Origin: Strigamia acuminata
Taxonomy: Eukaryota
Direction: 5' to 3'
DNA: 64,000 nt
Assembly (NCBI GenBank): GCA_949358305.1
Contig: OX442314.1
Location: forward strand, 21,452,001 to 21,516,000
Part shown: positions 10,700 through 23,665 of the stretch, one piece after another
Position numbering within the stretch: position 1 is the stretch's first letter
Layout of the letters: the number at the start of each line of letters is the position of its first letter
Notes under the pieces: generated by a model
Seen by the model: the letters and a program-made list of their open reading frames with translations, nothing else
Told to the model about the DNA's origin: nothing
Database searches by the model: none
Translations under genes and position numbers: made by a program

Positions 10700-13130
10700 C
10701 TGGAAATATAAATCAGAGAAGTTTTTGAAGCGAAACTTCATTTTTTTTTTTTAAATTTATTTATTTAGAAAAAAAAATTTAAAAAAGAAAAAGAATTTAA
10801 AAAAATTAAAATTAAAATCAGTTTATTTTTATTTCTGAGAATTTTGAATTTCTTCTTTGTTTTACTGCGCATGCCTAGCAAGGTGTGTTTCAAAGGCTTA
10901 ACAATGGCGGCCACAAGCGAGTGCGCCCAGGTTGGGCTTATCTTAAGTGCTTTTACGATTTTTAAATATTTTATAACGTGCATATGATACGTACAATTGT
11001 TTTTCTTAAAATGCATTAAAGTATGAATTTTTTAAACCAAATTTAAACCGTAAAACAATAAATAGGCGTGTTTTCAAATCTTATTTTCCATCATGATGTT
11101 CAAATCTTTGCAGCAATGTTTTTGCAATATTTTTTCCAAATAAAAAAAAAATAATAATAACATTGAAAATAAAAATACGAACAAAAATATTTTTAAAATA
11201 AATAATAATAATTTACTACACAATTACGTATCTAAAAATATCTACGGAAATAAATCGAAATAAGAAATTTGACGCAACATCATTAGGCCTAAACAGTAAT
11301 CACAACTATGGTTCGATAAACACAAAACAACTAACCCTAATTAGATTCTTTCCACTTCAATTTGCGACATAAAATCATTCTTATCACATCCATTTCAATT
11401 GATATCTTCACCGCGACACGATTTTCACAAATCTCTTCTTTGAAAAGCCACTGCGGACGTTGGCTTTCCAACACGACTCCATTTTGGTAGGCGTGGCATT
11501 CGCATTACGTCATCTAAAAATAATGTCTAATCAATACTCAAGAGCGGAATGGCAAAGCGAATGTATAGTGCCTCATTTTTGCAAATTCCGTCAACAGAAT
11601 TGCCACCAACGAACCTATTTTTTTCTTAAAAAGATAAAGAAAATAAAAAAAAAACTGCAAACAATGTTTTTAAATGGTTAAATTGCGTGTTTTATTCAAT
11701 TTATTCACGGGAAATGTGCAAACCGAATTAAGTGTGTCTGAGTGAACGATTTTACTCCAGACACCGAGCGACCAATTAAATATTTAATGGCTTAAGAATA
11801 CAGATGTCGTAAAAATAGCCGCAAATCGTGATTAATTAACGGATCCGTTACCGTCGATTATATAAATAATTAAATTAAAAGTTCATTAATTTTTCACGCG
11901 TACAGTTGAAAATAAGTGTGTGATTGACATTTAAAGATGCTGTAGATCTGGGTGTGACCGACTTGGATAATTACGAGCTCCAACGTTAACAGAGATAAGC
12001 AGTGAAGCCACTTTTAGCGCTGAAAACATTAGTTTTAGTAAAATTAAAATTCACCGTAGAAAATCAATCAAATCTTATCAATATTATTTTTCTATCTCGC
12101 TCAAATTAAACATTGAAAGCTCCTGAACACCTTTATTCAAGTTTATTGCCACAGTATTAAAATAAAAGCTAACATAAACGTAAAATTAATTAACAAAACA
12201 ATCTACTCAATTACAGAAAAAAAATAAAACAATAAATTCTTCGACAACGTACACAGTACAACATGCAAAACACTTTGTGTAATTGCACTACATCTTCTAA
12301 ACAAACCAAATTTTAACTACAATTTCTCTACCGAGTTAATCTATAATCACATTTTTCTAACATTTTAAATATATATATACAGCAACAAATAGTTTGAGCA
12401 CACACATACAACATGGACATAAATTGTTAAGCCTATACTTTCGTTTTCTACACAGTAGACATATCTAAACAATTGCTTTGGCTTTTCGATTTGCAATCTT
12501 TTCTCAACTCTCTTAAATTTCAATTTTTCAACCTTGTTTCTTACAAAAACCACATACAAAAGGAATGGAAGACACATAACTACTCTTGCATGTAGCAATG
12601 ACCAATAAAACTGTGCACTTTTCATCTTCATTTCTCAAGCAGTTTATGTAGCATTAATCTCCGGTCAGAAAAAAGTAATCCTTTTGACATTAGATATAAA
12701 AGAAAAATAGCAATTTCAAAGCATAGATTGGTTATATAAAAATAAAAAATAAAAATACATGTTGTAACATTCGCACAAATGCCATTAATCTTTAAAATAT
12801 CAAAGTATAGGTTTAAAATTATAAATTTTCAATCGTATTTGATAGTCAAGAGTTTTCGGGCGTTGTAAATTCACGTTAACAATTGGAGAGTTCACTTTTG
12901 GAGTCTTTCTTGCACAAATTGGTGCACAAATTGCAATTTTTCATACTTTATTAGTGTTGCCATGACAGTAACACATTCGATTTTAATTAATCAATTATAA
13001 AACTTGCGTATACCGATGGCATTTCAAGTGGAACAGAAAAAAAGCAATGTAATTCCAAGTGTGAACTCAACTGTAAATTTACGGTTTTTGTGTTTTTGAC
13101 TTGCAGCTGCATCCAGAGTCCAGACTGATG

Positions 13131-13421
13131 TTACAAGAGAGGTAAAATGACTTCCCATCCTGATCCCGCCATGTCAATTTCGGCACTGTGACTGACGGAT
13201 GTAATCGAATAAATTGGCCCTTGAGTGGGTAGTGTTTCCGGTATGCTCGTAGCATCGTTTCGTGATTGTGGAAAAAAATGATCGTTACACGTGCATCGTT
13301 GCATTTTATTTTGTTGCGCACAAAAATGTCGGTTAAGTAGACAGAGTAGATAGGCCAAACCTACAAAAGATGCTAAACCAATGCCAAAACGAATAAGAAA
13401 CGTTTCTATTTCGTCAGACAT
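13131..13421 (-). CDS. Small signal-anchor TM protein (~96 aa), paralog of 14117-14410, no PPxY
   Basis: Acceptor TTTTCAG|ATG; TFLIRFGIGL TM, RCTC, SAEI and C-terminal ILPLL all have counterparts in the neighbour. Confidence 0.7.
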   Translation of the reverse strand: MSDEIETFLIRFGIGLASFVGLAYLLCLLNRHFCAQQNKMQRCTCNDHFFPQSRNDATSIPETLPTQGPIYSITSVSHSAEIDMAGSGWEVILPLL

Positions 13422-14116
13422 CTGAAAAACATCAAAAACAACAACAACAACAAAAAAAAACATTAATTTGCTTAATTTTCTTTTTTATATAAAATTAATT
13501 TTTTTTTTTAAATTTATTACCGTTTTTCATTTAAAATACTGGTAGATGCTAGTGATGTCACATTTTATTAACTGCCAGCGGTATGGCGTCGTTATTAATA
13601 TATAAGAACTTAGAAATTCATTTGGGTTAAGAGTTTCAATCTCATAAGATATTAAATTTGTATGTGACCTTTCTACAAAAAAGAAAATAAAATGTAAAAT
13701 AAAAAAAATGAAATTAAAACGTAAAAATAGAGAAAACTAGGTAACAAAACAAAATAAATTCCCATGGCAGATCGCGTGACCAAAAAGAATTTATGTTCAC
13801 AATGCATAAACAATAAACTAACTCCATCACGTCAACCCATTGAATTACTTTCGTTTTTTTAGAACGGAAATAAACAATTGTTTCAAAAGAAATCATCAAC
13901 TCACCAAACCAGACAATTTTTTTTAATTTTTATTAAAAAGTGCGAATATAGACCTATCTTCTTAGAACACTCTGGTGTCAAAGTGCGTCACTAAAACTGA
14001 TTCCGTCGTCGTCAGTTTCTAAGTGATTACTTGACAATTTTCAAAAATATCAAATTACGTTTTCTTTGAGCGACATTCGTGTGTAAAACAATTCGAAACA
14101 TTACAATTCCAGTCGT

Positions 14117-14410
14117 TTACACGCTGAATAAAGGTATGGCCATGTCCGACGAGCACACTCCAGGTACACAATGCATTGTATTCGGTATGATCTCTGCAGA
14201 ACCTTCTTTGATTTCCTTCTGGTAATTGCGCGAGTCGAATTCAGGCGGAGGTGGTATAAGATAATTTCGTGGCGGACATGTACACGGCGGCCTGTTCAAT
14301 TTCTTCACTCTAAGCAAATATGATCTAATGCTGCACCACAAAATAGCCAAAAGTAAAAGAATCCCGAGTCCAATGGCAAATCGGAACAAAAAAGTTGCAG
14401 TTGCATCCAT
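14117..14410 (-). CDS. Small signal-anchor TM protein (97 aa)
   Basis: TFLFRFAIGL TM, PCTC, PPPPEF, SAEI, AIPLF; tandem paralog of 13131-13421. Confidence 0.7.
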   Translation of the reverse strand: MDATATFLFRFAIGLGILLLLAILWCSIRSYLLRVKKLNRPPCTCPPRNYLIPPPPEFDSRNYQKEIKEGSAEIIPNTMHCVPGVCSSDMAIPLFSV

Positions 14411-17400
14411 TTAGATGATTGACAGCCTGGTTTAAGAAAAGGAAACAATGATTATAATTAACGGACCGCAAAACACGGCAGTGTGTTTCTAAATTGATGT
14501 TGCTATGGGAATAAGTGAAGCAATTATCGAGAGAAAAAAAAACAAAAAGCATGTGAAAACTTTGTTACCGTTAATTATTTCATTTAAAAAAGAAACATTG
14601 CGAGTTGCACATTGAAATTAAACGAAAAAAATAGAAACATCGCAAGAAAATATAAACTTTTTTCTCGAAATATGACGAATTTGAAATTGTATTGTTATTG
14701 TTAATAAATATTCAGTTTTCGTGGCCGCAAACCGAAAATAAACAATCCGCGATAGTATGTTTGACGGCATTTATTTTGCGAACATGCTAGAGAAATGCGG
14801 AAAAAACTACGAACCTGAAATATGAGAAATTCCTCATCGAACTCAACAGCAAACTCCGCCTGGCTGGTTTGCTTTCTGGCCAGGCAAGCCACAGATGTTC
14901 ATCTGCTCTAAAACGTCACGGCTTCGTGAGCAAGTGACGTCATCAGTTTAAGAATTGTTACCATAGTTACTCTCAAGAGAATTTGTCTTAGAAGATCTAC
15001 CTTCATTTAATCCCAAAGATTTCAATAACCAATTTAAAAAAAATAAAAAAATAATATCCAAAAACATATAAGCCTAATGAAATACGAAACAAAAAATTTA
15101 TAAACTCCATCAGTTCGATTTGATCCAAAAATACCAGGCGGAATTAATGGCTGATACACGATACAGCCATTTTTTTTAATACGTATTTAGAGAGTGAGAG
15201 AGATAAGAAGTGGAATGATATCGATTTTCGTTAATTTATTCTTGACCTATAACTGAATGACATTTTGGTGATACTCCAGGTGACTTGGGTTAGATTAGCT
15301 AATTATTAATTAACAATAGAATACCGCTGTCTGTTGGAATGTATTTAATTAAAGCGAGACAAACATTCCTCAAACTGATGAAACAATCCAGCAAAACAAC
15401 AAAAAATAAACAAACATTTTCTCGGTTCGACCTCGATTTAACTCGCCAAATAAACAAGTGAAATAGCGAAATATGAAAACACTCGTCTCACGCCTGTTGA
15501 ACAGTATTTACTACAAGTTAGCACTATTTTTAGAAAGCGATTTGGCACAGCTATGATGTGTATTTCAGCATTTATTTCTCTTGAAGACATTCCCAAAGTT
15601 CAATGCGCAAATCATTCGAATGATGCCCGCCCCGATGGGGCGATCCCAGCGCATCTAAAATAGATTTGAGGCACGGCTCGAGTCAACTCAAGTGTAATGC
15701 AAAGAGGTCCGTAAAAAAAGTCATCAAATATGAATCTAATTTAAAATGCCACGTCTGTTTTCAGGGGTTTTTTATCAATTGATAAAATTCTACATGCACT
15801 TTCATTATTAAAAAATGCAGTTTCTGTATGATTAAATGCATATTCATATATAAAAATTCATTTTCTGTAAGATATATATAAAACTCATAAAATATACATC
15901 AATAAAATACCTATGAAAGAAAGTACGTCGTTGAACTGCATTCAAAACAATTTAAAGCTGGAAACTCAAAATATTTGTTCGCGGTCGAGGTACGTTTTGT
16001 CCTGAGTAAATATTTTCGCATACATTCTGTATTCGGCCATTTATCTTATTAAAATTCCTATTTCTCATTTTAAATTCATAAAATTTCAAATAAACCAAGA
16101 ATTTGCTTTAAAATAAGTCATAAATGCAGTCAAAACACAGTAAAAGTGAATTTATATGCGTGGAACGACATTTTTCACTTTTATTAATACAAATTTACCC
16201 TTAATCAAAGTTTAAACAGTTTGTTAACTGGCTCCATCTATTGTTAATGCTTTATTTTTATTATTACCCATAATGCTTTTGTATCATATCTTGTTGTCAT
16301 CCATATTTATTAAACCTAAGTTATCAGTTTGCTGTGGTTTAACTCAATTTCCACATCAAACAAAAGAATCTGTCAACATGGGAATGTCAACTAATAAGAA
16401 AAGCAAGTTTTGTCAAAAAAATATTGCTTTGTCGAGGACAGTGAAATCTAAATATAAACAACCCTTCTAAAATCCTCATTCCACGAGAGATTTATAACGT
16501 TTAGTTCAGTTTACAACCGCAATGCTGGTGTAGCGTTACAAATGGCCAAATCATATTTCAGCACGCCTGTCTAATCACGTAGTCCGACAATTCAAGTTTA
16601 ACTGTCCATGCGAAGACACACATTCGTGTTACATCAATGTGGCTAAAAATCCACAGGGGTCTGAAATTTAAACCAAAACCACAGAAAAATCGCCAAACTC
16701 GTTTTGTTTTATCTCTACGCACAAATTTCAACATCCGGCAAGTTTACCATACATCTCCAGGTTTGCACGCAACTGGGGAAAAAATAAATAAGTCCACTTC
16801 CTCATTAAATTAAGGATTATTTATGGTCCAGAAAAACGATAATGCTGGTAATCTCACTTGGGAATTTTCCTAAGCTGGTGTAATTTTGTTTTTTTATGTA
16901 ATTTTCTATATTTTGGACAGAAAACATAATTTATCCACAGTTACTCCAGATTCAGACAGTTTCGCAATAGCATAAATACAAAACAAAACGCCAATAAATA
17001 GAGAACAATATAAATGTCTCAATGTCGATTTCATTCTCTAGGTCGATCGATGGTTTTCATTCAGCAATGGACAAAAAATGTTATGAGTTTTCTTCTTTGA
17101 AATTAAAAAAATCTCTAATTACAATTTAAAAAAAAAAAATTTTTTGAAACAAAAATTTATCATTTCTTGCATAATTTTTCAATAAGATGTGAAGAAAACA
17201 GTTTAGATGGTTGGGTCAACCAAGTTAATTTCGTTTCAAAAAATGGGTGCAGCTTCCGAGACGAACAAGAGAAGTTTATTTCTTGGGGTTGTTGGTATGA
17301 TCTTATGGTTTCACATTTCAGTTGAAACTAATTGTTGAAAAGGTGGCATCGACTCGATGTCAGCAAAACCAAACAAAGTCTTTTCAGTAATTTGATCTGT

Positions 17401-18413
17401 TCGTTACAAAGCAAACATTACATTACGTGCCGCTCTAAGCCAACACTCCTGAGTGCACATTTTTTCCTTTAAAACTCAGTTAAAATCCTTTTATCTATCC
17501 GCTCTCCACGTTGCAATTCGAAAATTTTCCAAATCAAGTATCTATACAGACGAAAAACAACTTTTTGTCTGTAATAATCTGCTCGATTGCTGAGATTGCA
17601 ATAAGACAAGAAAGCAATACTGAAAATCGATAATTTGTGAGACAGATAAATTCACATCAAAACTAATCACGCCGAACTCAAAGTATTGATTTTCACAGCA
17701 TCGCACAACTTTATTTATTTATTTTTGAAATTGAAAAAAAATATCCATTTTTATTAAATAATACCTATAAACCGTTGTTATTAAAGGCTCAGAAAATCCG
17801 GGAGAAAATGGCACCCTTTTACGGCGGCTTTTCCGCGTACGGAAAGCAACAACCGCTCCTTCTAATCCGGAGATTATTTCAGATTTCAGCTTTACAACAT
17901 TAAACATCGAACAATGACTGAACGAGTCATTTAAGAAAGCAATTTCACTGTAATACCGAATATTTATTTACCTACTTTACTTTTTTATTATGGGCTCGTC
18001 ACTAGTGCTCATTGAAATAGGATATTATTGAACAAAGACCAGGTGAGCCATGTTATTTATTACATTTTCCTTTGTATTAGTTAAACTGAAATATTTTAAT
18101 ATTGCAATGCACGTAAAACTTACTCTCTACTCCTTTAAAAGTTAACCTTCTATTAATAACTTAATGTAAGTAAATAGAAACTGGCCAGAGTGTGACTCAG
18201 AGAGCTCTTATATGGCTCATAAGTTGCTTCTAGTAACATTAAAACCCTTATTTATTAATGACATCATTCAGAATATCTTGATGGACTTCTACCGAATTTT
18301 ATTTGCTCTCAAAATGAAGTGATAAATTTATTTCATTTTGTGACATCACTAACATATCAGTATATATAAAAGAAAAAAAAGTAATTTTACCTTATCTTGT
18401 CTATACATTCTAG

Positions 18414-19298
18414 TTAATAATGATATAAAGACAATAGGAAGATAAATTGAATAAAAACTGACCTTGAATCCACAACTTCATCGTATGGAGGAGGAGGTTC
18501 ATCATCAATAGGAAGTGAAGTATCCATGTGATTCACATTATTGGTTTGCTGTGAACACGGTGAAGTCAAAAGATTTGGGCAGCATTTCTTCGTGAGATCT
18601 TTGAAGCAGTAACAACATGCCCAAAATAATTCCGGGTTCATACACAAAATGCCGACGAAAACGAGAAACACAAGAATCACGACGATCAAAGCTGTCCAGC
18701 CTATGTAGGAAATGTCGTCACCTGATAAGAGTTAGAAAAGAAAACATGTAAGAATTAATCAAAATAAAAAATTGAAGGGAAAAATCCCTTTTGCAATTCA
18801 CTTCTGACATTTCATCATATCAAATAATAAAATAAAATAAAAAAAAATAAGAAAAACAGCATTGGCTGATAACATTTAACTCATTATCTTTCGTTGTTTG
18901 AGAAATTGACAAGAAAAAGCAATACTGTCATTTAATAAATTACATATAACTTCCATTCCTTTTGCAAATTGCTAATTGCAATTCCACATTGAGTATTGAC
19001 TTGGAACTATGTAAATGAAATAATTGTTTGCTTAGCCTAAATACTGCTGTGAGAAAATCGCACTCATTTGAAAATCCAAACGTTAAGACTGTCCAAAAAT
19101 ACATTTCAACTCACATATTAACAGCTTTTGTTCAATCATTCCGTAGGAAATTGTGCCAAAACTTGTTAATTATCAACATCTGTCGATAATCTGCAGGTGT
19201 TTACTTATTTTCTAGAAAAAATTACCTTGAGCTAGGCCAACTCCGAAACCACTGAAGAACAAAACGACAAACAAAAAGCGAATAAAAGAGAATTCCAT
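18414..19298 (-). CDS. Small type I TM protein with PPxY (~126 aa; 3' end may be further spliced)
   Basis: Exon 1 19298-19226 (MEFSFIRFLFVVLFFSGFGVGLAQ, phase 1) + exon 2 from 18721 (GDDISYIGW, TM, ACCYC, KKCC, EPPPPYDEV). Possible internal donor AAG|GTCAGT near 18462. Confidence 0.8.
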
Positions 19299-20045
19299 CG
19301 GAGTTTCAATCTCATCATTCCCGCATCTAAAAATAACTGATCTCAACCGACGACTATTTCAAGGTGTCTTAAGAACAAGACGCGTCATCTGAGTGAGTCG
19401 ACCGTCCGTGGTCACGAGATGTAATTTGATATGTTATCTTAGGGAGAAAAGCTTTCTAATTCCCTTACAACAAGGAAGTCAAAACAAAACATGTTTGGAC
19501 ATTTGATCGGCTGCACTGCACGGCTCCCTATCTGCCATGACAGTTTTGATTAACTACGGGAGCGCGTTAGAACCATTGTGAATTTTCGAATGCGAAAATA
19601 AAACAAAATCGAATTTCAACGTTTATAAACAATAAATTTGAAATTTAGAACTCGCAGTTCGTGTTCTGACACGCACACACTGTAATTCACTTAAGCAATT
19701 TCATGTATTTGTGTATTTAATTGAATATGAAATAAGTTGGACGATTTCAAATGTGATTCCGTGAGAAATAAAAATCATGTACGGAGGTGCAGAAGGAATA
19801 TCACAAAATGGATAGAATGTTTTGCTTTCGCTCTTCGTGTTTTAATATTATTTCGGTTTATATTTTCGTTCCAGACTCTTCATTTCGACGAGTTTTTGTG
19901 TAATAAATACGAAATAAATTTTAAAATAAAATTTGTGCATTTTTATTAAAAAAGGGGTTTGAATTGAGGGTACATCACAAACTTCCATTTGCCAACTCAA
20001 CCAAATCCTATCTACGTCATTCATCTGAGTGGGAGGGGTCTTAAG

Positions 20046-20623
20046 ATGGCGATGAGGATGGCAACAATTATAGCCTCTTCTGTTGTTTTGTTTATATTTG
20101 TTCAACAGTCTCAAGCTTATCTTCCCGGACGACATGGTAAGAAATACAAAGCGCCATCTGGCGCTGATAAACATTTTTTGTTACAAATTTAATTTCTATT
20201 TTAAGTTGACTTTAAAAAGAAAAGGAAAAAAAAAATTTTCAAGTGTTTCAACAAGATTAAATCAAAGCTGTTGCTCAAATGAATGTTGTGAGAGGAAAAT
20301 TAACTGTAGTCAAATAATCACAATAATATATTTATTTACGTGTAAAAAATCGGCAGTTTTCCGGAAATAAATTTCATAATTTTGTTAATTCCATTTTTCC
20401 CTCTCTCTCTTTATTTCCAGCTATTAGCCCGTCAGTTTCCGTCGAATTAATGGCAGGAATGGTGTTGCTACTGATCTGCTTTCTCGTCCTACCAGCTATC
20501 TTGGCATTGTTGTGTTTTTGTGCGTATGTCAAACTACAGTCGCATTGTTCTAAACCAAAACCCAAGATTTCCAGATTGAAACTCGAATTCGACGAGCAGA
20601 AAGAACGCTTGCTTTACATCTAA
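20046..20623 (+). CDS. Small type I TM protein lacking PPxY (~97 aa)
   Basis: Exon 1 20046-20136 (MAMRMATIIASSVVLFIFVQQSQAYLPGRH, G|GTAAG) + exon 2 20421-20623 (TTTCCAG acceptor; TM, LCFCAY, ...DEQKERLLYI*). Exon 2 is absent from the ORF track. Confidence 0.75.
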
Positions 20624-21539
20624 ACATTCAAATCCCACCCAAAAAAAAAAAAACAATACTTTTGTGATATATTACTTAAAACCATTAGTGTGAGTGTGTG
20701 TACTTCCGGTTGTAACAAGAACTTGCCTCTATCTACTGGGTAGAATCGGTAAGTCATCTTTCATTTATCCATATTAGTAATGTAGTTAGAAAAATAAACA
20801 AACATTGAGTGTTAACAGAAGTATGGTCATTTTAAATTTAATCTCCATCTGCATCTGCATGTTTTGTAGATCATGTGATTCAAGTTCCAACTTCCCTCGT
20901 ACAAATTTCACGCCAAAAGTGAAAGTAAACTAATAATTCTATGCTCGTGATTGTGACCCATGATGTAATTATCCTGTACTCAGCCTTTGTGTCATTGTAT
21001 ACACACCATTGTACATTTTTGTTATATATGTATATTTTTGGTGGACATTTTTCTTCCTCAAGATTTTCCTAGTGTCTGTCTCTAGACTAACAAATCACTG
21101 TAGACTAACTAGCATGTGCGCCTGTTTCTATTTACTCATGTCAAATATTGGAAATAATTTTGTGTAATGTGATGTCAATTTAGTTAATAAAAGATTAAAA
21201 ATAATAACCACAGCATCCTGTTTATGTTTTTGTTGGTTAAATATATAAAAGTGATTCACGTGTGGATTTTTCCACATTTATTGATTTATTTATTTATTGA
21301 TAATTAATTAATTTTTTTAAAAAAAAAAATATGTCGCCTTGTGTCTGCTCTTTATCTTTTCATCTAGACAAGACATGTTCCACACTTTCCTAACAAATGT
21401 GCCCGTTCTGTTTCAGAGAATCAATTTTCTTGCATCTGGCAACTCATTCTTGTTACAACGTAGCTTGTGTTCGCTCGGTTTCGTTCTACCGAGGGGCGAA
21501 CGCAACCACGTGACAGGTGACATCATCAAAACATTGCAA

Positions 21540-22771
21540 ATGGAGATGCAGAGAAGACAAGCTGCCCAGTTGTGCTGCACTTTCATCCTGTGCAGCCAAC
21601 TGAAAGGGGCAGTTGCTTCAATAGTTGATGAGCCAGGTAAATAGTTCAATTATCTCAACGCATGCGCAATTAATACAATTCTAATCTGGTTGTGTGGTGA
21701 TTGAATGAGATGATGTAGACTATCGTCAAACTATCCTCATAATACCCAATTATTTCTCTTTATTTTTTTAAAATCTCACTTAATTGTATGAAAACAATCA
21801 AATTGTTAACAATTTCTATCGATGCGAATGAGATAAATAACCAATTAAATATATAGAAATCGTAGATGGATGCACAGTAATTGTTTCTCATCATTTAGAA
21901 ATTAACGAAGTTTACGTAATTGTGTAATCCAAATATATGCTTTTATGAGTATTGATTGGGTCGATATTTCATTATGACACTTCATAAATAATTTATTTTA
22001 TACGTTTTTACCTTTTATTGGACATTTTTATAATATTTTTGTTGATTTAGTGCGGTGGTCAATACATAAATGTGACAGATTTGATTTATAGAAAAATAAA
22101 ATAAAAATAAAATAATTAATTATTAAATATGTTTCACCGTTTATTTATTGTCCTCAGGATGGAATCCCAAATCATCGACAGAACTGTTTTTGGGCCTCCT
22201 TCCATATCTACTTGTCTTCGTTGTCGTCCCCATTTGCCTTCTTCTTGTGTGTTGGTGTTCTAAATACGTCCTTCGCGTGTGCTGCAAACGTGTCCACCAA
22301 CAACACACGCCCGCGTTTCTTCATCGATTCTTCCCGACCACGACACCGACCCCGACCCCGACACCAACATCGACGGCCGCACCGACATCACTCGCAGTCA
22401 CACAACCGCAACAGCAGCCACCGGAAACGCTCTTCACCAACTACACCAACTACAATCCCATGTTAGAAGGAGAACTAGACTTGTTCCCCATAAGTTACAA
22501 CACCGAAGAATCTCGACAGCAACAGTGCCGAAGAAACCAACAATTCATTAGTGTCACGTGCAACTTCATACGAGCAGAAGCCATCAGTCGGACCAACGAT
22601 AGTGTCAACGAAGAGAGTCGAGTTGACGATCCGCCGCCATACTACCCGGAAGACCCGCCGCCATCTTACGACACGTTATATTCGGAAAAGATCATCGAAG
22701 ACAACACGGCTTCGTCCAAAGGAGAAATGGAAATTGACAATGGAACTGAAAACAGTGTTTGTGTCAATTAA
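21540..22771 (+). CDS. Type I TM protein with two PPxY motifs (~236 aa)
   Basis: Exon 1 21540-21636 (MEMQRRQAAQLCCTFILCSQLKGAVASIVDEP, AG|GTAAAT) + exon 2 22158-22771 (TM, VCWCSK, VCCKR, TP repeats, PPPYY, PPPSYDTLY). Confidence 0.8.
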
Positions 22772-23071
22772 AAGTACAAAATGTGGCATGTGCTCGTCAT
22801 GGGATGCTTGATGGTTGCCTGCACGTTTTATAGCCAGGTGGCGTAATTTTTTTGCCCTGGTGGCAGGATGAAATATTTTGAAATGCTTCCAATGGTCGAA
22901 ATTGATCAGTGTGTTTCTCATGTGAAAATATCAAGTTAATTCTTCATAGTTTTCTTCATTTTCATATTAGTTAGGGTTTAGAATGAGTTTTTGTAATATT
23001 TTTATGCAGAAGTTAGAAAAGTATAATTTTATACATTTTTTTTTATGGTTTTAAAAGTTTTTAGAAATTTA

Positions 23072-23665
23072 CCGTAAATGCTCTCATGGAGTGCAGGATG
23101 CTCATTGAGCGCGGTTACCCTTACAACACAAGTCTAAAATCGACCAAAACCACTAAATTCAATATCCAAATTGAACAAAACGACTAAAATAAATGTCTAA
23201 ATTGAACAAAACGACTAAAATAAATGTCTAAATTGAACAAAACGACTAAAATAAGTGTCTAAATTGAACAAATAGACTAAAATAAATGTCTAAATTGAAC
23301 AAAATGACTAAAATAAATGTCTAAATTGAACAAAATGACTAAAATAAATGTCTAAATTGAACAAAACGACTAAAATAAATGTCTAAATTGAACAAAATGA
23401 CTAAAATAAATGTCTAAATTGAACAAAACGATTAAAATAAATGTCTAAATTGAACAAAATGACTAAAATAAATGTCTAAATTGATCAAGAACACTAAAAT
23501 AAATGTCTAAATTGAACAAAATGACTAAAATAAATGTCTAAATTGAACAAAACGACTAAAATAAATGTCTAAATTGAACAAAACGACTAAAATAAATGTC
23601 TAAATTGAACAAACCGATGGAATTCAATAAAAAAATTGCAGGTTCTATCAAGAGAGTATTTACGC
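23072..23665. mobile_element. TA-flanked MITE carrying an internal 31-bp minisatellite
   Basis: Imperfect TIRs CCGTAAATGCTCTCATG / CAAGAGAGTATTTACGC, TA on both sides. Confidence 0.7.
23168..23615. repeat. 31-bp tandem repeat, ~14-15 copies
   Basis: Unit AAATTGAACAAAA(C/T)GACTAAAATAAATGTCT. Confidence 0.95.

Noticed and set aside
23168..23615. 31-bp repeat array as CRISPR
   Set aside because: Units are head-to-tail with no unique spacers; eukaryotic context and no cas genes.
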